Source of the DNA: Gemmatimonadales bacterium
GTDB taxonomy: Bacteria; Gemmatimonadota; Gemmatimonadetes; Gemmatimonadales; GWC2-71-9
Assembly: GCA_041577295.1 (NCBI GenBank)
Contig: JBFGJG010000003.1
Span: 1-64,000, forward strand
Length of the DNA: 64,000 nt
Direction: 5' to 3'
Shown here: positions 18,733-27,433 of the stretch, piece by piece
How positions within the stretch are numbered: position 1 is the stretch's first letter
How the letters are laid out: each line of letters starts with the position of its first letter
Notes under the pieces: generated by a model
Told to the model about the DNA's origin: nothing
The model's input: only the letters and a program-made list of their open reading frames with translations
Database searches by the model: none
Position numbers and translations under genes: made by a program

Positions 18733-19847
18733 CGTCGGGTGTGGTCGTGCGGCCCGTGCAAACGGGCGCCGACCTCAGACGCTTCATTGGATTTCCATAC
18801 AAGCTGCACCGAGGGGACCCGCTATGGGTCCCCCAGTTGCGTATGGACGTGCGGAAGATGCTATCGCGCGACAAGAATCCGTTCTTCGCGCACGGTGAGG
18901 CCGACTACTTCCTCGCGAGGCGAGGCGGGAAGGTCGTGGGCCGCATCGCCGCCATTCACAACGAGAACCACAACGAGTTCCACGAGGACCGTGTTGGGTT
19001 CTTTGGCTTCTTCGAGTGCGTAAACGATCCCGTGGTCGCAAGCGCGTTGTTCGAGGAGGCCGCGAACTGGTTGCGAGCCCGAGGGCTCGATACGATGCGC
19101 GGCCCGACCTCGTTCTCCACGAACGATGAATGTGGGCTCATGGTGGACGGTTTAGACAAACCCCCGGTCTTACTCAATCCGCACAACCCGCGTTACTACA
19201 TCGATCTAGTAGAGCAAGCCGGCTTTTCCAAGGCGAAGGACCTCTACTTGTATCAGTCGACGAGCCCCAAGCTGCCTGAGCGTCTCATGCGGGGCGCCGA
19301 GCTCCTCGCCCGGCGGAAGGATCTTCAACTCCGTCACCTGGACAAGAAGCGGTTCGACGAAGAGGTGGGGCGAATCAAACAGGTCTACAACGCGGCCTGG
19401 GAAAAGAACTGGGGGTTCGTCCCCATGAGCGACGCCGAGGTCGATCATCTGGCGGCTCAACTCAAGCCCGTGGTTGTCCCAGAGCTCGTGGTGTTCGTCG
19501 AGCAAGGATCGCGGCCGGTGGGGTTTGCCGCAGCGCTTCCCGATCTCAACGTCGCATTGAAAAAGAATCCCTCTGGGCGCTTGTTTCCTGGCATTCTCAA
19601 GGTCCTGTGGGCGGCCCGAAAGATTAGTCGCGCGCGCATTCTCCTCCTCGGACTCGTAAAGGAGTTTCGCATGTCCGGGGCCGATGCGCTGATGATGCGG
19701 TGGATCTGGGAACACGGCACTGCCATGGGGTTCAACTGGGCCGAATCCGGCTGGATCCTGGAGGACAACGCACCAATGAACAATGCCATGATCCGGATCG
19801 GCTTCGAGCACTACAAGACGCTCAGGCTGTACGACCGACAGCTGTGA
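18729..19847 (+). CDS. GNAT-fold N-acyltransferase, putative bacterial ceramide synthase (bCerS-like)
   Basis: FIGFPYKLH..DPLWVP, NPFF, VGRIAA, GFFGFFEC, RGPTSFSTNDECG, HNPRYY, NWGFVP, GWILEDN; 4-bp overlap with spt. Confidence 0.8.
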   Translation: MTSGVVVRPVQTGADLRRFIGFPYKLHRGDPLWVPQLRMDVRKMLSRDKNPFFAHGEADYFLARRGGKVVGRIAAIHNENHNEFHEDRVGFFGFFECVNDPVVASALFEEAANWLRARGLDTMRGPTSFSTNDECGLMVDGLDKPPVLLNPHNPRYYIDLVEQAGFSKAKDLYLYQSTSPKLPERLMRGAELLARRKDLQLRHLDKKRFDEEVGRIKQVYNAAWEKNWGFVPMSDAEVDHLAAQLKPVVVPELVVFVEQGSRPVGFAAALPDLNVALKKNPSGRLFPGILKVLWAARKISRARILLLGLVKEFRMSGADALMMRWIWEHGTAMGFNWAESGWILEDNAPMNNAMIRIGFEHYKTLRLYDRQL

Positions 19848-20845
19848 AAATCTTCGTCACGGGCGGAACGGGCTTTGTCGGGTCGCACCTCGTGGACCTA
19901 CTGCTCGAGCGTGGCGACGAAGTGGTCTGTTTGGTTCGGGACGTTCGCAAGGTCGAGCAGGCCTTCCCGCCCGAACGACGCCCACGCTACGTGGGTGGCA
20001 ATCTCGATGACGACACCGCGCTCCGGGCCGGCTGCGAGGAGGCGGACGTGATTATGCACGTCGCAGGCGTCATCGCCGCCCGTAGTCGTGACGAGTTCTT
20101 CAACGTGAATACCGGTGGGACAGAGCGACTGTTGGCGGCTGCCGCACGCGTGAACAAGAAACTCCAGCGATTCGTATACCTGAGCAGCCTTGCCGCCGTG
20201 GGTCCCTCGCCCCGTGGCACCCCTCTCACTGAAGAAACCCCTCCAAAACCGGTGAGCGCGTACGGCGAAAGCAAGCTCGCGGGAGAGGAGGCCGTCAGGG
20301 GAAGCTCATTGCCGTGGACGATCGTGCGGCCCCCTACCGTCTACGGGCCACGCGACCGCGAGATCCTGCGTGTGTTCAAGCTGGCGCGCTACGGCGTGAT
20401 CCCCATGGTGGGAAGTCCACATCAGGAGATCTCCGTCATTCACGTTCGCGATCTCGCGCACGCGTGCGTAGCGGCAGTTGCTCCTTCCACTGAAGGCCTC
20501 ACCTACTTCGCGAGTCATTCGGAGACTCTCACGACTCGGGAGTTTGCCGAGGGCATCCACGCCGCCGTGCGCGGCGTCCGTGGTCGCAATGCGGAAAGAC
20601 GACCTTTGCTGGTCCCCGTCCCGCCCCTTATCGCACGGGCGCTATTGTCGGTGAGCGGTGGTCTCGCACGCGCCGTGGGGCGGGCCACTGTCTTGTCCGG
20701 AGACAAGGTCGATGAGTTCCTGGCGGAAGCGTGGACGTGCTCCTCGGCAGCGATCGAACGTGACACGGGATGGCGCGCGAACATCGCCCTGCCTGCAGGC
20801 CTTCGAGAAACCGCGAGCTGGTACCAGGCACAGGGCTGGTTGTGA
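19844..20845 (+). CDS. NAD-dependent epimerase/dehydratase (extended SDR); candidate ceramide or ketosphinganine reductase
   Basis: VTGGTGFVG Rossmann motif, YGESK, RPPTVYGP; GTGA overlap with the preceding gene. Confidence 0.8.
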   Translation: MKIFVTGGTGFVGSHLVDLLLERGDEVVCLVRDVRKVEQAFPPERRPRYVGGNLDDDTALRAGCEEADVIMHVAGVIAARSRDEFFNVNTGGTERLLAAAARVNKKLQRFVYLSSLAAVGPSPRGTPLTEETPPKPVSAYGESKLAGEEAVRGSSLPWTIVRPPTVYGPRDREILRVFKLARYGVIPMVGSPHQEISVIHVRDLAHACVAAVAPSTEGLTYFASHSETLTTREFAEGIHAAVRGVRGRNAERRPLLVPVPPLIARALLSVSGGLARAVGRATVLSGDKVDEFLAEAWTCSSAAIERDTGWRANIALPAGLRETASWYQAQGWL

Positions 20846-21684
20846 GGCCGGTCGACAAGGTGCTGGCGGGTTATCTCGCCTTCGTCACAGTCGTCATCGT
20901 GTTGCGAGGTGGTCCCACCAACCCGGGAGACGCGTGGTTGCTCGCGGCGCACGGACTGTTCGTGGTGCTGCTGGTTCTGGTGCGGCGCCTACGACCGGAG
21001 CACCGGGTCGGGCAGTTTCTCTGGGACATCTACCCACTGCTGTTGATTCCGGGCCTGTACGCCGAGATTGGCGTGCTGTCCGAGCAAGTAGGGCGGCCGG
21101 CGATCTTGGAGAACGACGCGGTCGTTCAGGCCTGGGAAGCCTCGATCTTTGGTGGACAACCGGCGTACGACTGGATCCGGGCGGCGCCGTCGGTGCTCTG
21201 GTCGACGGTGCTCCACGCGGCCTACTTCGCTTACTATCCGATCGTCTTCTCGGGACCGTTCCTCCTCTTGATTCGCGGCGAGCGTGAGCGCGCCCGCACT
21301 GTGCTCTTCGCCATTACCACCGCGTTCGTGATCTGTTACGTGGTCTTCGTGTTGTACCCGGTGGCCGGACCGAACTGGGTGTGGGATCATCCCACGGGAC
21401 CGGTACGCGAGGTGTGGAGTGCGCGACTAGTTTATGCCGTGCTCGCTGGAGGATCATCGATCGGCGCTGCCTTTCCATCATCGCACGTGGCCGCAACGAT
21501 CTCCGCGACCCTCGCCCTCTGGCACCAGTGGCGGTTCCTCGGCGCCCTCTTTCTCATCCCCGCACTGCTGCTCGTCGTGGCGACCGTGTACTGCCAAATG
21601 CACTATGCGATCGATGCGGCGGCCGGGCTGGTGGTGGGGATTCCGGTGGGATGGTGGGGAGGGAGGAAACGGGCGAACGCTTAG
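20842..21684 (+). CDS. Multi-TM PAP2 protein of Aur1/inositol-phosphorylceramide-synthase-like type
   Basis: Many TM helices; YFAYY, YPVAGP, AAFPSSHVA, TVYCQMHYAIDAAAG; GTGA overlap. Confidence 0.78.
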   Translation: MRPVDKVLAGYLAFVTVVIVLRGGPTNPGDAWLLAAHGLFVVLLVLVRRLRPEHRVGQFLWDIYPLLLIPGLYAEIGVLSEQVGRPAILENDAVVQAWEASIFGGQPAYDWIRAAPSVLWSTVLHAAYFAYYPIVFSGPFLLLIRGERERARTVLFAITTAFVICYVVFVLYPVAGPNWVWDHPTGPVREVWSARLVYAVLAGGSSIGAAFPSSHVAATISATLALWHQWRFLGALFLIPALLLVVATVYCQMHYAIDAAAGLVVGIPVGWWGGRKRANA

Positions 21685-21721
21685 AAAGACGGAGGTTGAT
21701 CACCGCCCTTCCGTCCTTCCG

Positions 21722-22849
21722 TCAGTGTTGATGCGCGTGCCCGTCCTCGGTCACATTGCCCGCAGCCTGTCCCTCAACCAGACCCGCAATTGCCTCGTAG
21801 GTACCTCTCACCTCACGCATGTAGTGCATGCGGTCGAGCGCGTAGAGCTCGTGCGCTTTGTCTGCACGCGGCCACATGCCACCGCCGGACGGCATGAACA
21901 CACCGCCCACGACGCCCATTCCACCAGCGTACAGCGTATCGGGCGCGGGGTTGTTGTACGTCACCGTGACACGATAGACGTGATCCGGGTAGATCTTGGC
22001 ACCCAAGGTCCGGTACAGCCGACCAAGGGTCACACCAACGAGGCTGCCGTCCTCGTCATTGATCGGAAATCCCTCCCAGATCACCTCGTTCTCAGTGACA
22101 TCCACGAACTTGATGCTCTCGGCAAGCTCATGCATGTGGCCACCAATGGCCATGATCCGACCTTCGAGCGCGGGGCTGGCGTCGTAGGACCATTCAGAGC
22201 GGCCGGGCGGGAGATTGAACGACTTATCACCGGCGGGAAACGCCACATCCAGCTGAAACGGATACACGTTGAACAACGGCCACGGTCTTCCAGCCTTCAC
22301 GTACTTCAGCCGCACGCGCACGTACACCGCGTCGTGGGCCTTGCCGGTGGGGTTGTGGAGCATGGCCGTGACGGCCATCGGTGTGCCCTCCGGCACTGGA
22401 TAGCCGAGGAGGATCCACGGCATGGCCTGCGATCCGGTCTCCTTGCCAACCGCCAACATCCTCTGCGATATGGGAAGAAATAGCTCGCGGTGATCGGGGT
22501 TGATCAGGTTGAGGTGGTGTAGCACATCGACAGGCAACGATGCGCCGTCACCATCGAACACCTCATAACTGAAGCCGTAGAGGTAGCCACTCACCGGAAA
22601 TCGCACGATGGTGACCGGTGGAAACACCGCGCCCCCGTGCACGGCGTGGGGATCGTTCTGACCGCCAGCATGATGCCCCGCCTCCGACGGCTCCATGGCT
22701 CCCAACGGCAGCTCGAGCGGCCCGATCGTGAGGACGAACTCACCGTTGGCCTCGTCGTTGACGAGTCGCGTTACGGACTCCTGGGCGGCCGCTGTGGGTA
22801 GCACCACCGCAGTGAGGACACCAACCACCACTACCTGAGAGAAACGCAC
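21722..22849 (-). CDS. Secreted PHM/DBH-like (copper type II) monooxygenase-like protein
   Basis: Signal peptide; H111-H112, M163/H165, H238-x-H240 (GGHMH), M311; YRVTVTYNNP; His-rich insert and tail. Confidence 0.65.
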   Translation of the reverse strand: MRFSQVVVVGVLTAVVLPTAAAQESVTRLVNDEANGEFVLTIGPLELPLGAMEPSEAGHHAGGQNDPHAVHGGAVFPPVTIVRFPVSGYLYGFSYEVFDGDGASLPVDVLHHLNLINPDHRELFLPISQRMLAVGKETGSQAMPWILLGYPVPEGTPMAVTAMLHNPTGKAHDAVYVRVRLKYVKAGRPWPLFNVYPFQLDVAFPAGDKSFNLPPGRSEWSYDASPALEGRIMAIGGHMHELAESIKFVDVTENEVIWEGFPINDEDGSLVGVTLGRLYRTLGAKIYPDHVYRVTVTYNNPAPDTLYAGGMGVVGGVFMPSGGGMWPRADKAHELYALDRMHYMREVRGTYEAIAGLVEGQAAGNVTEDGHAHQH

Positions 22850-22903
22850 GGCTCAGACTCCTGTGTCACCGGTGTGTTACGCAAACTCCAAATTCCACCG
22901 AAA

Positions 22904-23641
22904 TCAACCCTCCGAAGGCTCGAGACCAGCGGCGAGATTCGCGTGCTCATCGGGCGTCCGCCGGACCACGCGGAGGATCGTGAAGACGATAATCGCGAGA
23001 GCAATCAGACCCAACGAAATGAGCGCGAGCTTTGCCACGTCGATCTGTAACAGCGACCCTAACCACGCAAACGCGAAGATTCGGGGAAAGCGACCGAGCC
23101 CCGTCGCGACCAGCTGCCGCCGCACGTCGTACCCGGCGAGCGGTGAAATGAATCGGACCGGCCAGTACGGAAGAATGGACCAGCTACACAGCCAGATCGT
23201 CAAAAAGGGCGCCTTGCGAAATCGTTTGAGCACCCAGGCGGACAAACGGCTCTGTCGGGCTCCATCGAGCGCGCGCATGCTGAACATCCGCCGGTAAAGG
23301 TGGTAATTGACATACTCGGCGTAGAGCGTGCCTACCGTCCCAACCGCCGCCACGAGAAGTGGCGAGTAGACTCGGCCAAACAAGATGATGATCGGCTCGT
23401 ACGTCGACGGCAGAAAAGGCGCGATCGGCCCGTTCACCCAGACCGTGACCAGACCAAACGCCACCAGGCCACCAGCCTCGGGAAACGCGAGGGTGACGGG
23501 AATTGCCACGAGGAGGACCACCAGGGAAAGCCGGAGAAACCGGTCCCACAGCGGCGTCCCGAAGCGACGAGTCAGAAGCGAGAACATGGGGGCGCTTGCG
23601 GGAACACAGCGTGCGCGATCCTGGATCGCCTGATCCGCCAT
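22904..23641 (-). CDS. DedA/VTT (SNARE-associated Golgi family) membrane protein
   Basis: Multiple TM helices, PFLPSTYEP, GTVGTL.AEY.NY, ATGLGRFPR. Confidence 0.72.
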   Translation of the reverse strand: MADQAIQDRARCVPASAPMFSLLTRRFGTPLWDRFLRLSLVVLLVAIPVTLAFPEAGGLVAFGLVTVWVNGPIAPFLPSTYEPIIILFGRVYSPLLVAAVGTVGTLYAEYVNYHLYRRMFSMRALDGARQSRLSAWVLKRFRKAPFLTIWLCSWSILPYWPVRFISPLAGYDVRRQLVATGLGRFPRIFAFAWLGSLLQIDVAKLALISLGLIALAIIVFTILRVVRRTPDEHANLAAGLEPSEG

Positions 23642-23667
23642 GGTTGGCGTCGACTTTCGGAAACGCC

Positions 23668-23698
23668 GAGGTCGCCTGATGGGTTACCAGGCGACCTC
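23668..23698 (-). terminator. Perfect 11-bp stem-loop between the plastocyanin-like and DedA genes
   Basis: GAGGTCGCCTG-atgggttac-CAGGCGACCTC, followed on the minus strand by GGCGTTTCC (short U-tract; probably a partial terminator). Confidence 0.55.
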
Positions 23699-23734
23699 AC
23701 GTTATGTCCGGTCACGATCAGCAACGCCGCAGTG

Positions 23735-24220
23735 TCACTGAATCGTGAGCGTTGCCTTCATGCCGAGTGCTTCGTGCGGAGTGCAGTAGTAGTTGTATGT
23801 ACCTGTCGGAGCCCCCGCAAAGACGATCTCGAAGGTCTGGTTGGGCTGCGTCATCAGCGAGCTACTGAGCGGACCGATATTCCCCTGTTTCGTCTGGTAG
23901 ATCTTTGTCAGATAATCCTTCGCTCCAGCTGGAATCTGACCATCGTACCAGGCCACGTTGTGTGGAAAACCGTTGACGTTGATCCACCGCACCGTGTCGC
24001 CGACCTTGATGGTGAGGGTGGCCGGTCGGTACACATAGCTGCCGTCGTCGGTCAGGAGCATCTGCACCTCATGCACGGTGCCGGTGCCCATCGGGGCCGC
24101 CGCCGCACAGGGGTTTGGCTGACACGGCTGCATCGCCGCCTGGCTGCTCTGCTCGGCCGCCTGCTCTCCACCACCACAAGCGAACGTCGCGAAGGCGAGC
24201 GCCGCGAAAAGCTTACGCAT
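23735..24220 (-). CDS. Plastocyanin/azurin-family blue copper lipoprotein
   Basis: Lipobox TFAC; type-1 Cu ligands FPHNV and YYCTPHEALGM; GGAGG RBS. Confidence 0.92.
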   Translation of the reverse strand: MRKLFAALAFATFACGGGEQAAEQSSQAAMQPCQPNPCAAAAPMGTGTVHEVQMLLTDDGSYVYRPATLTIKVGDTVRWINVNGFPHNVAWYDGQIPAGAKDYLTKIYQTKQGNIGPLSSSLMTQPNQTFEIVFAGAPTGTYNYYCTPHEALGMKATLTIQ

Positions 24221-24271
24221 GCAACATCCTCCGAAATTGGTTGACTCGAATGGAACGCGTCTTCTTCTGGC

Positions 24272-24289
24272 TTGTGAAAGTTGTCACAA
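24272..24289. promoter_or_regulatory. Palindromic operator TTGTGA-N6-TCACAA (CRP/FNR-family or Rex-like box)
   Basis: TTGTGAAAGTTGTCACAA, ~50 bp upstream of the plastocyanin-like start; exact TGTGA-N6-TCACA and one mismatch to Rex TTGTGAA-N4-TTCACAA. Confidence 0.65.
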
Positions 24290-24424
24290 ATGTAAAGGGC
24301 TGCCTCTACGATGGAAGGCCCCAGCCCCACCCTTGCGTTTTCCGGTGAATCGGTCAACTTCAGGGCGCAATGCAATCCCAAATCCTACATAGACTTGTGG
24401 TGAGGTTAGGGGCTATGCCAGAGC

Positions 24425-25234
24425 GTGGTGGCGGTGCCTGAGTTACCTCCATGTCGCCAGATGGGCCGGCATTGTCGTGAGTTGGCCGTGACACTCCGCA
24501 TTGCCGACCTCGACGACGACAGCCAGAGCCTCCAGGATGCCGCGGCAACCTGGCTGCTGGGACACACGCAACGAATCACTTTCGGCCGGCCGTACGTTCG
24601 CGAGGCCGAGTTGCTGGTGGACGCCACCATTCACGTCCCCTGCAAATATCTGAAAGACGATCCGGCTGCTTCCGGCAACGGTCACACTCCGCAAGGGGCT
24701 CGCTGCACTGCCCACGGGTTTCGCGGCCGGATGCCCTCCGAGTCACAGCCGTCGCTCGACGCTCGACCGAAGGCTCGTACGCGCGGTGGGTCGTACCGCG
24801 TCTTCTACAAGGGCCGTCAGCGTCGCATGCCCCTCCCGCTCAAGAAGGCGGCACGACGTGCCCTGCCCGTCCTCAATGGAAATCCATGCGCGTCTGCACC
24901 GTGCCGCACGGCGGACAACACCAGGGGGGCCGCCTGTTGCCGAGATCTCACCTTGGACGTGATGGTGAGTGCGGACAACACGCGACTCGAAACCCTGCTC
25001 CGCGCCCGACAATCGCCGTACCTGTGCAAGGTGACCCGCGACACCGAGCGTTCGCTCGAATGCGAGGTGATCTCGGCATGTAATTACTTGGACCCCGACG
25101 ATCACTTGAGCTGCATCCTCCACGACCGGTTGCTGCCCAACGGGCGTCTGGCAAAGCCGTCGATCTGCCGCGAATGGCCAGACCTGGACGAGGACGAGGT
25201 AGCACACCCCGGCTGTGCCCTTATAGACCAGTGA
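24425..25234 (+). CDS. Cys-rich YkgJ/CxxCxxCC-like putative metal/Fe-S binding protein
   Basis: PCRT…GAACCRDL, CNYLD…CILHD…KPSICREWP, plus a degenerate N-terminal copy (PCRQ..RHCRE…PCKYL…CTAH). Confidence 0.65.
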   Translation: MVAVPELPPCRQMGRHCRELAVTLRIADLDDDSQSLQDAAATWLLGHTQRITFGRPYVREAELLVDATIHVPCKYLKDDPAASGNGHTPQGARCTAHGFRGRMPSESQPSLDARPKARTRGGSYRVFYKGRQRRMPLPLKKAARRALPVLNGNPCASAPCRTADNTRGAACCRDLTLDVMVSADNTRLETLLRARQSPYLCKVTRDTERSLECEVISACNYLDPDDHLSCILHDRLLPNGRLAKPSICREWPDLDEDEVAHPGCALIDQ

Positions 25235-25301
25235 AGTACCGTGAGCAGGTAGCTGACTTCGGAGCCTTCAGGCAATTCCATTAGGAAGGATTCCACCGGC
25301 C

Positions 25302-26456
25302 GTGCCCCTACCCTCCCACGTTTCCGAGATCACACCCGAAGAGCTCGTGCAACGAGTCGAGAGCGGTCACGCGGTACGCGTGCTCGATGTGCGTGCACCT
25401 GCCCGCCTAGCGACGGGGAGGATCGAGATCGTTCCCGATGACCGGTTTCACAACATCGTCGGATCGCAGGTGATCAACAAACGCAGACCGGAAGAGATCG
25501 GGCTCCCGAAGGATGCGCCCGTCGCCGTGGTCTGCGGCCGCGGCAATGACTCCAGAGTGGTTGCGAACTTCCTACAAGAGCTCGGATACGACGCCAGCTC
25601 ACTGCAGGGGGGGATGCAGCGGTGGATGCGCACGGTGGTCCCGCGGGATTTGGCGACGCCTTCATCGCTCGATCGATTCGTGCAATTTGACCGGCTCGGT
25701 AAGGCGGCTTTGGGCTATTTGCTCGTGAGCGATGGTCAAGCGTTGATCGTCGATCCACCACGACACGTGGACTCGTATCGGGACGCCCTGCGAGCCGCCG
25801 GAGCACGGCTCGTGGCCGTGGCTGACACCCACGTCCACGCGGATTACATAAGCGGCGCACCGTCCTTGGCGCGGGACCACGGTGTGCCCTACCATTTGCA
25901 CCCCGCGGACAACGTCTATCCCTACGACGGAACCCCAGGGCGGCTGGAGTTTCAGCCAGTATCTGACGAATCCACCCTGCGGATCGGCCGGGCCACCGTG
26001 CGGGTGATGCATACGCCGGGACACACGGAGGGGAGCGTCACGTACCTCGTGGACGACACGGTGGCGCTCACCGGCGATTTCATCTTCATCGCCTCCATTG
26101 GGCGACCGGATCTCGCCGGGAAAACCGAGGAGTGGACGCACGCTCTGTGGCAAAGCGTGGAGCGCGCCAAGAAAGCGTGGCCCGCAACGATGACCATCCT
26201 TCCAGCACATTACGCCTCAGAAAAGGAGCGCGCACAGGATCGGTCGGTGGCACGAGGTTTTGGTGCGATCCTCGAGGCCAATGAGCCACTCCAGATGGCC
26301 GACGAGTCCGCCTTTAGATCTTGGGTGATGTCAAAGAAAGGGAGCTTTCCGGAGGCCTATCGGCGCATCAAGGCAATCAACGTTGGACTCGAGTCGGTCG
26401 ATGACGAGGAAGCGGAGATGTTGGAGGCGGGAAAGAACGAGTGCGCGTTGGGTTGA
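25302..26456 (+). CDS. Rhodanese + MBL-fold hydrolase fusion (persulfide dioxygenase-like)
   Basis: VLDVR, VVCGRGNDS, LQGGM..W; DTHVHADYISG, HTPGHT, TGDFIF..SIGRPDL, PAH. Confidence 0.88.
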   Translation: MPLPSHVSEITPEELVQRVESGHAVRVLDVRAPARLATGRIEIVPDDRFHNIVGSQVINKRRPEEIGLPKDAPVAVVCGRGNDSRVVANFLQELGYDASSLQGGMQRWMRTVVPRDLATPSSLDRFVQFDRLGKAALGYLLVSDGQALIVDPPRHVDSYRDALRAAGARLVAVADTHVHADYISGAPSLARDHGVPYHLHPADNVYPYDGTPGRLEFQPVSDESTLRIGRATVRVMHTPGHTEGSVTYLVDDTVALTGDFIFIASIGRPDLAGKTEEWTHALWQSVERAKKAWPATMTILPAHYASEKERAQDRSVARGFGAILEANEPLQMADESAFRSWVMSKKGSFPEAYRRIKAINVGLESVDDEEAEMLEAGKNECALG

Positions 26457-26479
26457 TGTACACGTAGCCGCGCGGCACC

Positions 26480-27433
26480 TCAATAAGGAATCGAAACGAC
26501 GACTTGCCCAGCCACCGGCCGTCCATCCACGGTTCGCGCCGGGTAGAAGGTCCACTCCTCGAGCCTCTCCAAGAGCTTCTTCCGGAATGAGGCGTCGGGG
26601 ATTGCTGGTTCGATCTCTACTTTTGTCACCCGTCCGCGCGCATCCACCCAAAACCGTGCTTTGACCTCCGTACCCCGCAGTTCAGCCGGAGGATCTTCGA
26701 AGGGAAACACGACGACCCGCACCTCGGGCGCGAGCACGGCTCCACCTTCTCCACCGGTCCCAGTCCCCTCACCAGCTCCGATCCCAGCACCGCGACCCGA
26801 TCCGATGCCACCACCGGTTCCAGAGCCTGCTCCCGCCCCCACGCCGATCCCTGATCCCACACCGAGCGTCTCGACGTTGACGGGAGGAATCTCCTGAGGC
26901 ACGGACGTGATCTGCGGAATCTCCGGCGCCACTTCCTTGACTTCTGGCGTTGGCGGTTCGACGACCGGCGGCGGTGGAGCCGCCTGCACCGGTGGCTTGG
27001 GTTGAGGTGCCCGGCGCGCAGGACTGGGAAGCGGAGGTAGCTCGATGTACTGGACCTGAGCCGCACCACCACCGCCTCCCCCACCACCGAGAAGCCCGGG
27101 TTCTCCTAGCGATTTCTCGTACGAATCGAGGGCCCGCCCCGCAAAAACGAAGGCGAGCGCGGCCACCAAACCGTGTAACGCGACCGCCCAGACCATGCCA
27201 ACGCCGAAGCGACGGTCGGCCCGCGGTAACCGCGCCGTTGGGTTCCGGCGCGGCGCTTTCGGACGGACTGCACCGGGCGCGACAGACCTGGTTGTACTTC
27301 CCCCGGAGACGAGTCGATGGTCCCCGTTAGGCGTAGCCTCGGCCCGCTGCGTGTCGCCTCCTGGCGCGCGATCGACAGACAGCGAAGACGTCACCTCAGT
27401 GGTCTCGCTCACCGGCGGTGGCTTCTGTGACAT
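26480..27433 (-). CDS. TonB-family protein (TM, Pro/Gly-rich linker, TonB C-terminal domain)
   Basis: AVALHGLV TM motif, Pro-rich spacer, Gly-rich tract, FWVDARGRV…WTFYPA..DGRPV; start at the TAATG overlap. Confidence 0.75.
   Translation of the reverse strand: MSQKPPPVSETTEVTSSLSVDRAPGGDTQRAEATPNGDHRLVSGGSTTRSVAPGAVRPKAPRRNPTARLPRADRRFGVGMVWAVALHGLVAALAFVFAGRALDSYEKSLGEPGLLGGGGGGGGAAQVQYIELPPLPSPARRAPQPKPPVQAAPPPPVVEPPTPEVKEVAPEIPQITSVPQEIPPVNVETLGVGSGIGVGAGAGSGTGGGIGSGRGAGIGAGEGTGTGGEGGAVLAPEVRVVVFPFEDPPAELRGTEVKARFWVDARGRVTKVEIEPAIPDASFRKKLLERLEEWTFYPARTVDGRPVAGQVVVSIPY

Noticed and set aside
26740..26870. Gly-rich periodic DNA
   Set aside because: It simply encodes the G-x-G linker of the TonB-like protein.
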